From: Escherichia coli O127:H6 str. E2348/69
GTDB taxonomy: Bacteria; Pseudomonadota; Gammaproteobacteria; Enterobacterales; Enterobacteriaceae
Assembly: GCF_000026545.1 (NCBI RefSeq)
Contig: NC_011601.1
Length of the DNA: 64,000 nt
Strand: one strand, 5' to 3'
A program made the translations under genes and the position numbers. How positions within the stretch are numbered: position 1 is the first letter of the stretch; each line of letters begins with the position of its first letter. The notes below the pieces were generated by a model. That model worked only from the letters and a program-made list of their open reading frames with translations. It did no database searches and was not told the origin of the DNA. This document shows, one piece after another, positions 28,546 through 45,334 of the stretch.

Positions 28546-29889
28546 TTACGCGACGCTTTCTTCTTTATCTTTAGCGTCAGGCAGTTTTGGCGAAAGGGCG
28601 GTGGCCTTGCTGTCGATTCGGGTCACCAGCAGCTGGTCGATGCGGTAGTTATCGATATCCACCACTTCAAATTTGTAGCCGGCGAATTTCACCGAATCGG
28701 TGCGTTTCGGGATCTTACGCAGCATAAACATCATAAAGCCGCCGATGGTTTCGTAGTTGCCCGACTGCGGGAACTCGTCAATATCCAGCACGCGCATGAC
28801 GTCGTCAATCGGAGTGCCGCCGTCTATCAGCCATGAGTTCTCATCACGGGCGACAATCTGCTCTTCCAGCCCCTGACCGACCAGATCGCCCATCAGCGTG
28901 GTCATCACGTCGTTGAGGGTGATGATCCCCACTACCAGTGCGTACTCATTCATGATCACCGCGAAGTCTTCACCTGCGGTTTTAAAACTTTCCAACGCCT
29001 CTGAAAGGGTTAACGTATCCGGCACAATCAGCGTATTGCGAATTTGTACGCCGCTGTTCAGTGCCAGGCTTTGGTTAGCCAGCACGCGGTTCAGCAGGTC
29101 TTTAGAATCGACATAGCCGATGATGTGGTCAATATCTTCATTACAGACGAGAAACTTAGAGTGCGGATGTTCCGCCACCTTATTCTTCAGACTTTGCTCA
29201 TCTTCGTGGAGATCAAACCAAATCACGTTTTCACGCGGTGTCATTGAAGACGGAACGGTACGGGATTCCAGCTCAAAGACGTTTTCAATCAGCTCGTGTT
29301 CCTGTTTACGTAACACGCCCGCCAGCGCACCGGCTTCCACTACCGCGTAGATATCATCAGAAGTGATGTCATCTTTACGTACCATTGGCAGTTTGAAAAT
29401 ACGGAAGATTATGTTCGCCAGTCCGTTGAAGAACCACACCAGCGGGGTGCAAACGTACAGGCAGAAGCGCATCGGGTTGATGATACGCAAAGCCACAGCT
29501 TCTGGCGCAATCATACCGATGCGTTTCGGGGTTAAATCCGCAAACAGGATAAACATGCCAGTCACTAACGAGAAAGAGAGAATAAAGCTCAGTTGCTCAG
29601 AGAGTTCTGCCGACATATAGCGGGAGAACAGGCTGTGAAAAGCTGGAGAAAATGCCGCATCACCGACGATACCGCCGAGAATCGCCACTGCGTTCAGACC
29701 GATTTGGACCACGGTAAAGAACATGCCGGGATTTTCCTGCATATTCAGAACGCGTTGGGCATTTATATTGCCTTCATCAGCCAGCAGTTTAAGTTTGATT
29801 TTGCGTGAGGCGGCAAGCGAGATCTCGGACATCGAGAAGAACGCACTTACAGCGATCAAACAGAGTATGACTAAAATACTGTTTAACAT
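28546..29889 (-). CDS. paeA: Inner-membrane CBS/CorC-HlyC-domain protein (polyamine export protein)
   Basis: 447-aa product MLNSILVILCLIAVSAFFSMSEISLAASRKIKLKLLADEG... (ytfL). Confidence 0.9.
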   Translation of the reverse strand: MLNSILVILCLIAVSAFFSMSEISLAASRKIKLKLLADEGNINAQRVLNMQENPGMFFTVVQIGLNAVAILGGIVGDAAFSPAFHSLFSRYMSAELSEQLSFILSFSLVTGMFILFADLTPKRIGMIAPEAVALRIINPMRFCLYVCTPLVWFFNGLANIIFRIFKLPMVRKDDITSDDIYAVVEAGALAGVLRKQEHELIENVFELESRTVPSSMTPRENVIWFDLHEDEQSLKNKVAEHPHSKFLVCNEDIDHIIGYVDSKDLLNRVLANQSLALNSGVQIRNTLIVPDTLTLSEALESFKTAGEDFAVIMNEYALVVGIITLNDVMTTLMGDLVGQGLEEQIVARDENSWLIDGGTPIDDVMRVLDIDEFPQSGNYETIGGFMMFMLRKIPKRTDSVKFAGYKFEVVDIDNYRIDQLLVTRIDSKATALSPKLPDAKDKEESVA

Positions 29890-30059
29890 ATCTTATCCGA
29901 CCTTTCAGGCCAGATCCTCGGAAGGGGAAGTTGATTAATTTGTGTGAAATACACATTGAAAGCCGATTCGAAGAAAGTGAACCGGCATTTTCAGTGGCTA
30001 GTATAGCGTAAGGTACTGTAAAGCCGCCAGAGGGTTAAAATTCAGACAGCTGAAAAATG

Positions 30060-30175
30060 AAAAACTGCCTGATGCGCTATGCCGAACAGGCCTACGCAGT
30101 CCCCACAATATATTGAATTTGGACGATTTTGTAGGCCTGGCAAGGCGTTTACGCCGTATCCGGCATAAACAAAAT
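30060..30175. repeat. REP element(s) between paeA and msrA
   Basis: gcctgatgcgc...ggcctac / gccggatacggcgtaaacgcc palindromic units. Confidence 0.65.
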
Positions 30176-30211
30176 GCACTTTATCAACAATCTACATTTG
30201 TACCCGTAACG

Positions 30212-30850
30212 CTATGCTTCCGGCGGCAGACAGACGCCAATTCCGCCAATTCCACAGTAACCATACGGGTTTTTATGCAGATATTGCTGGTGGTCATCTT
30301 CGGCATAATAAAACGGTGTGGCGTTAGCGATTTCCGTGGTGATGCGACGATCGTCATCGGCGGCAAGCATCGCCGCCTGAAAACGTTCCAGACTGGCGCG
30401 AGCGGCGGCATCCTGTTCTGGGGTCAGCGGATAAATCGCTGAACGATACTGCGTGCCGTGGTCATTGCCCTGACGCATTCCCTGGGCGGGATCGTGATTC
30501 TCCCAAAATACCTGTAGCAACTGCTCATAGCTGATGACGGAAGGATCGTAAACAATGCGTACCGCTTCGGCATGACCAGTATCACCGGAGCACACTTCCC
30601 GATAAGTCGGATTTGGCGTATAGCCGCCGGTATAACCTGCGGCGGTGCTGTAAACGCCGTGTAACTGCCAGAACAGACGCTCCACACCCCAGAAACAACC
30701 CATCGCAAAAATGGCAATCTCCATTCCGTCAGGTACATTGGTCATTGAGTGACCGTTAACCGCATGCAGCGTGGCTACGGGCATCGGGGTGTTACGTCCA
30801 GGCAGGGCATCGGCGGGGGAAACCAGATGCTTTTTATCAAATAAACTCAT
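30212..30850 (-). CDS. msrA: Peptide methionine sulfoxide reductase A
   Basis: 212-aa product [36 protein letters not shown]...[17 protein letters not shown]... with GCFWG active site. Confidence 0.95.
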   Translation of the reverse strand: MSLFDKKHLVSPADALPGRNTPMPVATLHAVNGHSMTNVPDGMEIAIFAMGCFWGVERLFWQLHGVYSTAAGYTGGYTPNPTYREVCSGDTGHAEAVRIVYDPSVISYEQLLQVFWENHDPAQGMRQGNDHGTQYRSAIYPLTPEQDAAARASLERFQAAMLAADDDRRITTEIANATPFYYAEDDHQQYLHKNPYGYCGIGGIGVCLPPEA

Positions 30851-31013
30851 GGTGTCGCTCTCCCGAAAATCGGTCATTGGGGTTAAGGTTGTAACAAGAG
30901 GCGTATTTGCACACAATAACCACCGTGAATAGGTCTAAAGTAAAACATAAGAAATATTTGGGGTTTAGTCTGCTTTTTAATCCATATTACTGGATTTTTG
31001 TTAAGCCGTTTAA

Positions 31014-36565
<5,552 letters not shown>

Positions 36566-36567
36566 CA

Positions 36568-36909
36568 ATGCGAATATTTGTCTACGGCAGTTTACGCCAC
36601 AAACAAGGCAACAGTCACTGGATGACCAATGCCCAGTTACTGGGCGATTTCAGTATTGATAACTACCAGTTGTATAGCCTGGGCCACTATCCAGGCGCAG
36701 TACCGGGGAACGGAACAGTACACGGTGAAGTTTATCGTATTGACAACGCCACGCTGGCCGAACTTGATGCCTTGCGCACCAGGGGCGGTGAATACGCGCG
36801 CCAGTTGATTCAGACGCCGTACGGGAGTGCATGGATGTACGTTTATCAACGACCCGTCGATGGATTAAAGCTAATTGAAAGCGGCGACTGGTTAGACAGG
36901 GATAAGTAA
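36568..36909 (+). CDS. ytfP: Gamma-glutamylcyclotransferase-family protein
   Basis: 113-aa product MRIFVYGSLRHKQGNSHWM... Confidence 0.9.
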   Translation: MRIFVYGSLRHKQGNSHWMTNAQLLGDFSIDNYQLYSLGHYPGAVPGNGTVHGEVYRIDNATLAELDALRTRGGEYARQLIQTPYGSAWMYVYQRPVDGLKLIESGDWLDRDK

Positions 36910-36920
36910 TAATAAAAGCA

Positions 36921-36938
36921 CGCCACCTTCGGGTGGCG
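36921..36938 (+). terminator. Intrinsic terminator after ytfP (cgccaccttcgggtggcg + T-run)
   Basis: 7-bp stem, 4-nt loop, followed by ttgtttta. Confidence 0.75.
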
Positions 36939-37288
36939 TTGTTTTATGCGATGTATCTCGCGATTCTTTTTGTAACTTTCCCATCTTTTGCTTTTCTCTC
37001 CGGGCCGCTTTCCATATCTGCAATCGCATAAAAAACTCTGCTGGCGTTAACAAATGTGCAGGGGTAAAACGGGGGCACGCTTTGAACGGTGAGTATGAGT
37101 GAGGCCGGCTAACTTCCAGCAAGTGGCTATGAACAGCAAAATGGTGGTCGAGCTTAGCTTGTTCTTACCGTTCAAGTCTTTCAACTGCTGAAAATAATAA
37201 TAGTGGAGTAGAGAGTTTATAAATTGCGGGCATAAAAAAACCCTTACTAACCGAAGCCCGGTGTTCAGGGTTATTGCGCCAGAAGAAC

Positions 37289-37819
37289 TTATTTATTCTT
37301 GGCGCGCTCGAAGGAAGCAACGATTTCAGCTTTAGCGGCTTCTGCGTTTTCCCAGCCTTCAACTTTAACCCACTTGCCTTTTTCGAGGTCTTTGTAGTGC
37401 TCGAAGAAGTGAGCGATCTGTGCTTTCAGCAGTTCAGGCAGATCGTTAACGTCTTTAATGTGATCGTATTCTTTGCTCAGCTTGCTGTGCGGAACCGCAA
37501 TCAGTTTCGCATCTTCACCGGCTTCGTCGGTCATTTTCAGTACGCCAACCGGACGGCAGCGGATCACAGAACCCGGCTGCAGCGGGTACGGAGTCGGGAC
37601 CAGTACGTCAACCGGGTCACCGTCCAGAGACAGGGTGTGGTTGATGTAACCGTAGTTGCACGGATAGAACATCGCGGTGGACATGAAGCGGTCAACGAAC
37701 AGTGCGCCGCTCTCTTTGTCGATTTCGTATTTGATCGGATCTGCGTTAGCCGGGATCTCAATAACAACGTAGATGTCTTCCGGCAGATCTTTACCCGCAG
37801 GGACGTTGAGTAAGCTCAT
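37289..37819 (-). CDS. ppa: Inorganic pyrophosphatase
   Basis: 176-aa product [46 protein letters not shown]... Confidence 0.97.
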   Translation of the reverse strand: MSLLNVPAGKDLPEDIYVVIEIPANADPIKYEIDKESGALFVDRFMSTAMFYPCNYGYINHTLSLDGDPVDVLVPTPYPLQPGSVIRCRPVGVLKMTDEAGEDAKLIAVPHSKLSKEYDHIKDVNDLPELLKAQIAHFFEHYKDLEKGKWVKVEGWENAEAAKAEIVASFERAKNK

Positions 37820-38128
37820 GTCTGTTTCCTTTAAAAATATGTGGCAAACAAGTGCCGAGTATTATAGCCAACTCGCGCCGAATGTCTTCGCTTGTTTTCG
37901 TCTTCATTTTCCTTTTTCGCCAGTTTTAAGACGGTATACAGAGCAGGAAAATCCATAACCGTAGCCGCATTTTTCATAGTGAGATGAAAGCGATTACAAA
38001 CTTGTGATTAACGTTTTATTTACTTTTTTGAAGTGTGATGTAACGCAATCCGTTACATAACGAATTGTCTATAGTTTTTTCGCGAACATCTTTTCACCAA
38101 TAATAATTACCCCGACGAGGACAACCCT

Positions 38129-39085
38129 ATGTGGAAACGCTTACTTGTAGTCTCTGCAGTCTCGGCAGCCATGTCGTCTATGGCGTTGGCCGCTCCATTA
38201 ACCGTAGGATTTTCGCAGGTCGGATCGGAATCCGGCTGGCGCGCCGCAGAAACCAATGTGGCGAAAAGTGAAGCCGAAAAACGCGGGATTACGTTGAAAA
38301 TTGCCGATGGTCAGCAAAAGCAGGAAAACCAGATTAAAGCGGTACGTTCCTTCGTCGCGCAAGGGGTGGATGCGATCTTTATCGCTCCAGTGGTAGCGAC
38401 CGGTTGGGAGCCGGTAGTAAAAGAGGCGAAAGATGCCGAAATCCCGGTCTTCTTGCTTGACCGTTCCATCGATGTGAAAGACAAATCTCTCTATATGACC
38501 ACCGTTACTGCCGACAACATCCTCGAAGGTAAGTTGATCGGTGACTGGCTGGTGAAAGAGGTTAACGGCAAACCATGTAACGTGGTTGAGTTACAGGGCA
38601 CCGTTGGGGCCAGCGTCGCCATTGACCGTAAGAAAGGCTTTGCCGAAGCCATAAAGAATGCGCCAAATATCAAAATTATCCGCTCGCAGTCAGGTGACTT
38701 CACCCGTAGTAAAGGCAAAGAGGTCATGGAGAGCTTTATCAAAGCGGAAAACAACGGCAAAAACATCTGCATGGTTTACGCCCATAACGACGACATGGTG
38801 ATTGGTGCAATTCAGGCAATTAAAGAAGCGGGCCTGAAACCGGGCAAAGATATCCTGACAGGCTCTATCGACGGCGTGCCGGACATCTACAAAGCGATGA
38901 TTGATGGCGAAGCGAACGCCAGCGTTGAACTGACGCCGAACATGGCAGGTCCTGCTTTCGATGCGCTGGAGAAATACAAAAAAGACGGCACCATGCCTGA
39001 AAAGCTGACGTTAACCAAATCCACCCTTTATCTGCCTGATACCGCAAAAGAAGAGTTAGAGAAGAAGAAAAATATGGGGTATTGA
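38129..39085 (+). CDS. ytfQ: ABC transporter periplasmic sugar-binding protein (galactofuranose)
   Basis: 318-aa ORF with signal peptide MWKRLLVVSAVSAAMSSMALA. Confidence 0.9.
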   Translation: MWKRLLVVSAVSAAMSSMALAAPLTVGFSQVGSESGWRAAETNVAKSEAEKRGITLKIADGQQKQENQIKAVRSFVAQGVDAIFIAPVVATGWEPVVKEAKDAEIPVFLLDRSIDVKDKSLYMTTVTADNILEGKLIGDWLVKEVNGKPCNVVELQGTVGASVAIDRKKGFAEAIKNAPNIKIIRSQSGDFTRSKGKEVMESFIKAENNGKNICMVYAHNDDMVIGAIQAIKEAGLKPGKDILTGSIDGVPDIYKAMIDGEANASVELTPNMAGPAFDALEKYKKDGTMPEKLTLTKSTLYLPDTAKEELEKKKNMGY

Positions 39086-39094
39086 GGGTTGCTA

Positions 39095-39200
39095 TGCCTG
39101 ATGCCGATTCGTAGGCCGGATAAGGCGCTCGCGCCGCATCCGGCGGTTGTGCGCTGAAGCCTGATGCGACGCTTACCGCGTCTTATCATGCCTACTGGGA
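39095..39200. repeat. REP element cluster between ytfQ and ytfR
   Basis: gcctgatgccgattcgtaggccggataaggcgctcgcgccgcatccggc... palindromic units. Confidence 0.7.
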
Positions 39201-39224
39201 GCACGCTTTACACCGGGGGAAACC

Positions 39225-40727
39225 ATGACGACCGACCAACACCAGGAAATCCTCCGCACCGAAGGATTAAGTAAATTTTTCCCCGGTGTCAAAGCGTTAG
39301 ACAACGTTGATTTCAGCCTGCGCCGTGGCGAAATCATGGCGCTGCTCGGTGAAAACGGGGCGGGAAAATCGACGCTAATCAAAGCATTAACCGGTGTATA
39401 CCACGCCGATCGCGGCACCATCTGGCTGGAAGGCCAGGCTATCTCACCGAAAAACACCGCCCACGCACAACAACTCGGCATCGGCACCGTCTATCAGGAA
39501 GTCAACCTGCTACCCAATATGTCGGTCGCTGATAATCTATTCATAGGTCGCGAACCCGAACGTTTCGGCCTTCTACGCCGTAAAGAGATGGAAAAGCGCG
39601 CCACCGAACTGATGGCATCTTACGGTTTCTCCCTCGACGTGCGCGAACCGCTCAACCGCTTTTCAGTCGCGATGCAGCAAATCGTCGCCATTTGCCGGGC
39701 TATCGATCTCTCCGCCAAAGTGCTGATCCTCGATGAACCCACCGCCAGTCTCGACACTCAGGAAGTAGAGTTACTGTTTGGCCTGATGCGTCAACTTCGC
39801 GATCGCGGCGTCAGTCTGATCTTCGTCACTCATTTTCTCGATCAGGTTTATCAGGTCAGCGATCGGATCACCGTCTTACGTAACGGCAGTTTCGTAGGCT
39901 GTCGGGAAACGCGCGAGCTACCGCAGATCGAACTGGTAAAAATGATGCTGGGGCGTGAACTGGACACCCACGCGCTTCAGCGTGCCGGGAGAACATTGCT
40001 GAGCGACAAACCTGTTGCCGCGTTCAAAAATTACGGCACAAAAGGAACGATCGCGCCGTTTGATCTCGAAGTACGCCCCGGCGAGATCGTTGGCCTGGCG
40101 GGCTTGCTGGGATCAGGACGTACCGAAACCGCCGAAGTGATCTTCGGTATCAAACCTGCTGATAGCGGCACGGCGTTGATCAAAGGCAAACCGCAAACGC
40201 TACGCTCGCCACATCAGGCTTCGGTACTGGGCATCGGCTTCTGCCCGGAAGACAGGAAAACCGATGGCATTATCGCCGCCGCCTCGGTGCGGGAAAATAT
40301 CATCCTCGCTCTCCAGGCCCAGCGCGGCTGGCTACGACCTATTTCCCGCAAAGAGCAGCAAGAGATTGCCGAACGCTTTATTCGCCAGCTTGGCATTCGC
40401 ACACCTTCCACCGAACAACCGATTGAATTTCTCTCCGGCGGCAATCAGCAAAAAGTGTTGCTTTCACGTTGGCTACTGACCCGACCGCAATTTCTGATTC
40501 TCGACGAGCCAACGCGCGGAATTGATGTTGGTGCGCATGCCGAGATCATCCGCCTAATTGAAACGCTGTGCGCCGATGGGCTGGCGCTGCTGGTGATCTC
40601 CTCCGAACTGGAAGAGCTGGTGGGCTATGCCGACCGGGTGATTATCATGCGCGATCGCAAACAGGTAGCGGAGATCCCACTGGCAGAGCTTTCCGTTCCG
40701 GCGATCATGAACGCCATTGCGGCGTAA
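39225..40727 (+). CDS. ytfR: ABC transporter ATP-binding protein (duplicated ATPase domains)
   Basis: 500-aa ORF with two Walker A motifs (GENGAGKST; GLLGSGRTE) and signature LSGGNQQKV. Confidence 0.9.
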   Translation: MTTDQHQEILRTEGLSKFFPGVKALDNVDFSLRRGEIMALLGENGAGKSTLIKALTGVYHADRGTIWLEGQAISPKNTAHAQQLGIGTVYQEVNLLPNMSVADNLFIGREPERFGLLRRKEMEKRATELMASYGFSLDVREPLNRFSVAMQQIVAICRAIDLSAKVLILDEPTASLDTQEVELLFGLMRQLRDRGVSLIFVTHFLDQVYQVSDRITVLRNGSFVGCRETRELPQIELVKMMLGRELDTHALQRAGRTLLSDKPVAAFKNYGTKGTIAPFDLEVRPGEIVGLAGLLGSGRTETAEVIFGIKPADSGTALIKGKPQTLRSPHQASVLGIGFCPEDRKTDGIIAAASVRENIILALQAQRGWLRPISRKEQQEIAERFIRQLGIRTPSTEQPIEFLSGGNQQKVLLSRWLLTRPQFLILDEPTRGIDVGAHAEIIRLIETLCADGLALLVISSELEELVGYADRVIIMRDRKQVAEIPLAELSVPAIMNAIAA

Positions 40728-40737
40728 GGAGAACAGT

Positions 40738-41763
40738 GTGATGCCTCAATCTCTCCCGGACACTACGCCGCCGAAAAGGCGTTTTCGCTGGCCAACAGGA
40801 ATGCCGCAGCTGGCGGCACTGTTGCTGGTGCTGCTGGTTGATAGCCTGGTGGCCCCACATTTCTGGCAGGTGGTGCTTCAGGATGGGCGTTTGTTCGGTA
40901 GCCCTATCGACATTCTTAACCGTGCGGCCCCCGTTGCGCTACTGGCGATTGGCATGACGCTGGTTATCGCCACCGGTGGGATTGATCTCTCCGTAGGGGC
41001 GGTGATGGCTATCGCCGGAGCCACAACGGCTGCGATGACGGTCGCGGGATTCAGCCTGCCAATTGTTTTGTTAAGCGCCCTGGGCACTGGCATCCTGGCG
41101 GGATTGTGGAACGGCATACTGGTAGCGATCCTCAAAATTCAGCCGTTTGTCGCCACCCTGATCTTGATGGTCGCCGGGCGCGGCGTGGCGCAACTGATCA
41201 CCTCCGGACAGATCGTCACATTTAACTCACCGGATCTCTCCTGGTTTGGCAGTGGATCGCTGTTGTTCCTGCCAACGCCAGTCATTATTGCGGTGCTGAC
41301 GCTTCTCCTGTTCTGGCTGTTGACCCGCAAAACGGCACTGGGGATGTTTATCGAAGCCGTTGGTATCAACATTCGGGCGGCAAAAAATGCCGGGGTAAAC
41401 ACGCGGATCATCGTCATGCTCACCTACGTTTTGAGCGGGCTATGTGCGGCGATTGCGGGCATTATCGTGGCGGCGGATATTCGCGGTGCCGATGCCAATA
41501 ACGCCGGGTTATGGCTGGAGCTGGACGCCATTCTTGCAGTGGTGATTGGCGGCGGATCGCTGATGGGCGGGCGCTTTAACCTGCTGCTTTCGGTGGTGGG
41601 GGCGCTGATTATTCAGGGAATGAACACCGGAATTTTGCTTTCTGGCTTTCCGCCGGAGATGAACCAGGTCGTAAAAGCGGTGGTGGTGCTTTGCGTGCTG
41701 ATTGTTCAGTCGCAACGCTTTATCAGTCTGATTAAAGGGGGACGTAACCGTGATAAAACGTAA
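40738..41763 (+). CDS. ytfT: ABC transporter permease
   Basis: Hydrophobic ORF 40717-41763; start most likely the GTG at 40738 or ATG at 40741 (about 341 aa). Confidence 0.85.
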   Translation: MMPQSLPDTTPPKRRFRWPTGMPQLAALLLVLLVDSLVAPHFWQVVLQDGRLFGSPIDILNRAAPVALLAIGMTLVIATGGIDLSVGAVMAIAGATTAAMTVAGFSLPIVLLSALGTGILAGLWNGILVAILKIQPFVATLILMVAGRGVAQLITSGQIVTFNSPDLSWFGSGSLLFLPTPVIIAVLTLLLFWLLTRKTALGMFIEAVGINIRAAKNAGVNTRIIVMLTYVLSGLCAAIAGIIVAADIRGADANNAGLWLELDAILAVVIGGGSLMGGRFNLLLSVVGALIIQGMNTGILLSGFPPEMNQVVKAVVVLCVLIVQSQRFISLIKGGRNRDKT

Positions 41764-42745
41764 TTTGCCACTGATGATCACCATCGGCGTCTTTGTGTTG
41801 GGTTATATCTACTGTCTGACCCAGTTTCCCGGTTTTGCTTCCACAAGAGTGATCTGCAATATCCTGACCGATAATGCCTTTCTTGGGATAATCGCCGTTG
41901 GTATGACCTTTGTGATCCTCTCCGGTGGGATCGATCTCTCCGTCGGTTCGGTGATCGCCTTTACTGGCGTGTTTCTGGCAAAAGTGATTGGCGATTTCGG
42001 CCTCTCACCGCTGCTGGCGTTTCCGCTGGTGCTGGTGATGGGCTGTGCCTTCGGCGCATTTATGGGACTTCTGATCGACGCCCTGAAGATCCCGGCGTTT
42101 ATCATTACTTTGGCAGGAATGTTCTTTTTGCGTGGCGTCAGCTATCTCGTTTCGGAAGAGTCGATCCCGATAAACCATCCTGTTTATGACACGCTCTCAA
42201 GCCTTGCGTGGAAAATCCCTGGCGGCGGTCGCTTAAGTGCGATGGGACTGCTGATGCTGGCGGTGGTGGTTATCGGCATATTCCTCGCGCATCGTACCCG
42301 TTTTGGTAATCAGGTATACGCCATTGGCGGCAACGCAACGTCGGCAAACCTGATGGGGATTTCCACTCGCAGCACCACTATTCGCATTTATATGCTCTCC
42401 ACCGGACTGGCAACGCTGGCGGGGATTGTCTTCTCGATTTATACCCAGGCCGGATATGCACTGGCGGGCGTAGGTGTGGAACTGGATGCTATCGCCTCAG
42501 TGGTAATTGGCGGTACGCTTTTGAGTGGTGGCGTTGGAACGGTATTAGGGACGCTTTTTGGCGTGGCGATTCAGGGACTGATTCAGACTTACATAAACTT
42601 TGATGGCACGCTGAGTTCCTGGTGGACGAAAATCGCCATCGGTATTTTGTTGTTTATTTTTATAGCATTACAGCGTGGATTAACGGTGCTGTGGGAGAAT
42701 CGTCAGAGTTCGCCAGTGACAAGAGTCAACATTGCGCAGCGATAA
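41750..42745 (+). CDS. yjfF: ABC transporter permease
   Basis: 331-aa hydrophobic ORF overlapping the ytfT 3' end. Confidence 0.9.
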   Translation: MIKRNLPLMITIGVFVLGYIYCLTQFPGFASTRVICNILTDNAFLGIIAVGMTFVILSGGIDLSVGSVIAFTGVFLAKVIGDFGLSPLLAFPLVLVMGCAFGAFMGLLIDALKIPAFIITLAGMFFLRGVSYLVSEESIPINHPVYDTLSSLAWKIPGGGRLSAMGLLMLAVVVIGIFLAHRTRFGNQVYAIGGNATSANLMGISTRSTTIRIYMLSTGLATLAGIVFSIYTQAGYALAGVGVELDAIASVVIGGTLLSGGVGTVLGTLFGVAIQGLIQTYINFDGTLSSWWTKIAIGILLFIFIALQRGLTVLWENRQSSPVTRVNIAQR

Positions 42746-42777
42746 AAACGCCTCTCCGTGTGGAGAGGCGCAGGAGA

Positions 42778-43776
42778 TTACGCGTCCGGGAACTCACGGA
42801 TAAAGCGTTCGACATCTTCAACCATATGGTCGTTGCCGACAAAGAACGAACGGCGCTGGTGCAGGGTTTCCGGGATAATATCCAGAATACGCTCTTTGCC
42901 ATCGCTCGCTTTACCGCCCGCTTGTTCCGCCAGGAATGCCATCGGGTTGCACTCATACAGTAAACGTAGTTTACCGTCCGGGTGGCTGGCGGTGCTTGGG
43001 TAGAGATAAATACCGCCTTTCAGCAGGTTACGGTGGAAATCCGCGACCAGTGAACCGATATAACGTGAGGTATACGGGCGGTTGGTGGATTTATCTTCTT
43101 CCTGGCAGAATTTAATGTACTTCTTCACCCCGTTCGGAAACTTAATGTAGTTTCCTTCGTTGATGGAGTAGGTTTTGCCTTTCTCCGGGAAGCGCATCCG
43201 TTCCTGGCACAGGCAGAAAACACCCAGCGAAGGATCATAAGTAAAGGCGTGAACACCGCATCCGGTGGTGTAAACCAGCATAGTAGAGGAGCCGTATACC
43301 ACGTAACCTGCCGCAACCTGTTTGTTACCAGGCTGGAGGAAATCTTCTTCCGTTACCGGCGTGCCAACAGGCGTAACGCGGCGGTAGATGGAGAAAATGG
43401 TACCGACAGAGACGTTAACATCGATGTTGGACGAGCCATCCAGTGGGTCCATCAGCACCACGTATTTTGCGTGTTCACAGCCTTCAAAGACGACAATCTC
43501 ATCTTCTTCTTCAGAGGCAATGCCCGCAACGATATCGCGTGCTTTCAGTGCGGCTTTCAGTTTCTCATTAGCGAACAGGTCGAGTTTCTGCTGAACCTCG
43601 CCCTGCACGTTCTCAGCACCGCTGGCACCCAGGATATCAACCAGTCCTGCTTTGTTGATATCGCGATGGATAATCTTGGCGCCCAGTTTTATTGCCGACA
43701 GCAAAGCAGTGAGCTCACCGGTAGCATGAGAAAACTCGTGCTGCTTTTCGACAATAAATTCACCTAACGTTTTCAT
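42778..43776 (-). CDS. fbp: Fructose-1,6-bisphosphatase class 1
   Basis: 332-aa product [45 protein letters not shown]... Confidence 0.97.
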
Positions 43777-43951
43777 AAAACTTTCCCTGCAATGTTTATG
43801 GAGTAAAGCGACCGCAACAATCTTAACAAATAATCCCAATGTTGCGCTCAGGTGAATCGCGCCAGCAAATTACGGATTATCCTGAAATGCGTTTCTCACT
43901 TGCCCGACATATGCGTAAAATGAGCGCCAGATTAAAAAAGGATAGTGACGT

Positions 43952-45325
43952 ATGCGCATTCATATTTTAGGAATTTGTGGCACGTTTATGGGCGGTCTGG
44001 CGATGCTGGCGCGCCAGTTAGGCCATGAAGTAACGGGTTCGGACGCCAATGTGTATCCGCCGATGAGCACCTTACTTGAGAAGCAAGGTATTGAACTGAT
44101 TCAGGGTTACGATGCCAGCCAGCTCGATCCACAGCCGGATCTGGTGATTATTGGTAACGCCATGACCCGTGGAAATCCGTGTGTGGAAGCGGTACTGGAA
44201 AAAAACATCCCTTATATGTCAGGTCCGCAGTGGCTGCACGATTTTGTGCTGCGCGACCGCTGGGTGCTGGCCGTTGCCGGTACACACGGCAAAACCACCA
44301 CGGCGGGAATGGCGACCTGGATTCTGGAACAATGCGGTTACAAACCGGGATTTGTGATCGGCGGTGTGCCGGGGAACTTTGAGGTTTCGGCGCGTCTGGG
44401 CGAAAGCGATTTCTTTGTTATCGAAGCGGATGAGTACGACTGCGCCTTCTTTGACAAACGCTCTAAATTTGTCCATTACTGCCCGCGTACGCTGATCCTC
44501 AACAACCTTGAGTTCGATCACGCCGATATCTTTGACGACCTGAAAGCGATCCAGAAACAGTTCCACCATCTGGTGCGTATCGTTCCGGGGCAGGGTCGTA
44601 TTATCTGGCCGGAAAATGACATCAACCTGAAACAGACCATGGCGATGGGCTGCTGGAGCGAGCAGGAGCTGGTGGGCGAGCAAGGTCACTGGCAGGCGAA
44701 AAAGCTGACCACCGATGCTTCCGAATGGGAAGTCTTGCTGGATGGCGAAAAAGTGGGCGAAGTGAAATGGTCGCTGGTAGGCGAACATAATATGCACAAT
44801 GGCCTGATGGCGATTGCAGCGGCTCGCCATGTTGGTGTAGCGCCGGCAGATGCCGCTAACGCGCTGGGTTCGTTTATTAACGCTCGTCGCCGCCTGGAGT
44901 TGCGTGGTGAAGCGAATGGCGTCACGGTATATGACGATTTCGCCCATCACCCGACGGCGATTCTGGCAACGCTGGCGGCGCTGCGTGGCAAAGTTGGCGG
45001 TACGGCGCGCATTATTGCCGTGCTGGAGCCGCGTTCGAATACCATGAAAATGGGGATCTGCAAAGACGATCTGGCACCTTCATTAGGTCGTGCCGATGAA
45101 GTCTTCCTGCTGCAACCGGCACATATTCCGTGGCAGGTGGCAGAAGTGGCAGAAGCCTGCGTTCAGCCTGCACACTGGAGTGGCGATGTGGATACGCTGG
45201 CAGATATGGTGGTGAAAACCGCTCAGCCTGGCGACCATATTCTGGTGATGAGCAACGGCGGTTTTGGTGGGATCCATCAGAAACTGCTGGATGGGCTGGC
45301 GAAGAAGGCGGAAGCTGCGCAGTAA
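43952..45325 (+). CDS. mpl: UDP-N-acetylmuramate:L-alanyl-gamma-D-glutamyl-meso-diaminopimelate ligase
   Basis: 457-aa product MRIHILGICGTFMGGLAMLARQLGHEVTGSD... (Mur ligase family). Confidence 0.95.
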   Translation: MRIHILGICGTFMGGLAMLARQLGHEVTGSDANVYPPMSTLLEKQGIELIQGYDASQLDPQPDLVIIGNAMTRGNPCVEAVLEKNIPYMSGPQWLHDFVLRDRWVLAVAGTHGKTTTAGMATWILEQCGYKPGFVIGGVPGNFEVSARLGESDFFVIEADEYDCAFFDKRSKFVHYCPRTLILNNLEFDHADIFDDLKAIQKQFHHLVRIVPGQGRIIWPENDINLKQTMAMGCWSEQELVGEQGHWQAKKLTTDASEWEVLLDGEKVGEVKWSLVGEHNMHNGLMAIAAARHVGVAPADAANALGSFINARRRLELRGEANGVTVYDDFAHHPTAILATLAALRGKVGGTARIIAVLEPRSNTMKMGICKDDLAPSLGRADEVFLLQPAHIPWQVAEVAEACVQPAHWSGDVDTLADMVVKTAQPGDHILVMSNGGFGGIHQKLLDGLAKKAEAAQ

Positions 45326-45334
45326 TTCTGAAGC

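Noticed and set aside
36892-37362. Small minus-strand ORFs (76 aa and 65 aa) in the ytfP-ppa spacer
   Set aside because: Overlap the ytfP terminator and the ppa 3' end respectively; no similarity to ChpB/ChpS or other toxin-antitoxin proteins by eye; likely spurious.
39095-39200. Considered whether REP clusters (also at 24.4, 30.1, 45.4, 48.6 and 58.6 kb) could be small RNA genes or terminators of novel type
   Set aside because: They match the well-known REP palindromic-unit pattern (gcc[gt]gatgcg…cgcatc[cg]ggc) located after convergent or operon-terminal genes; no reason to invoke a new element.
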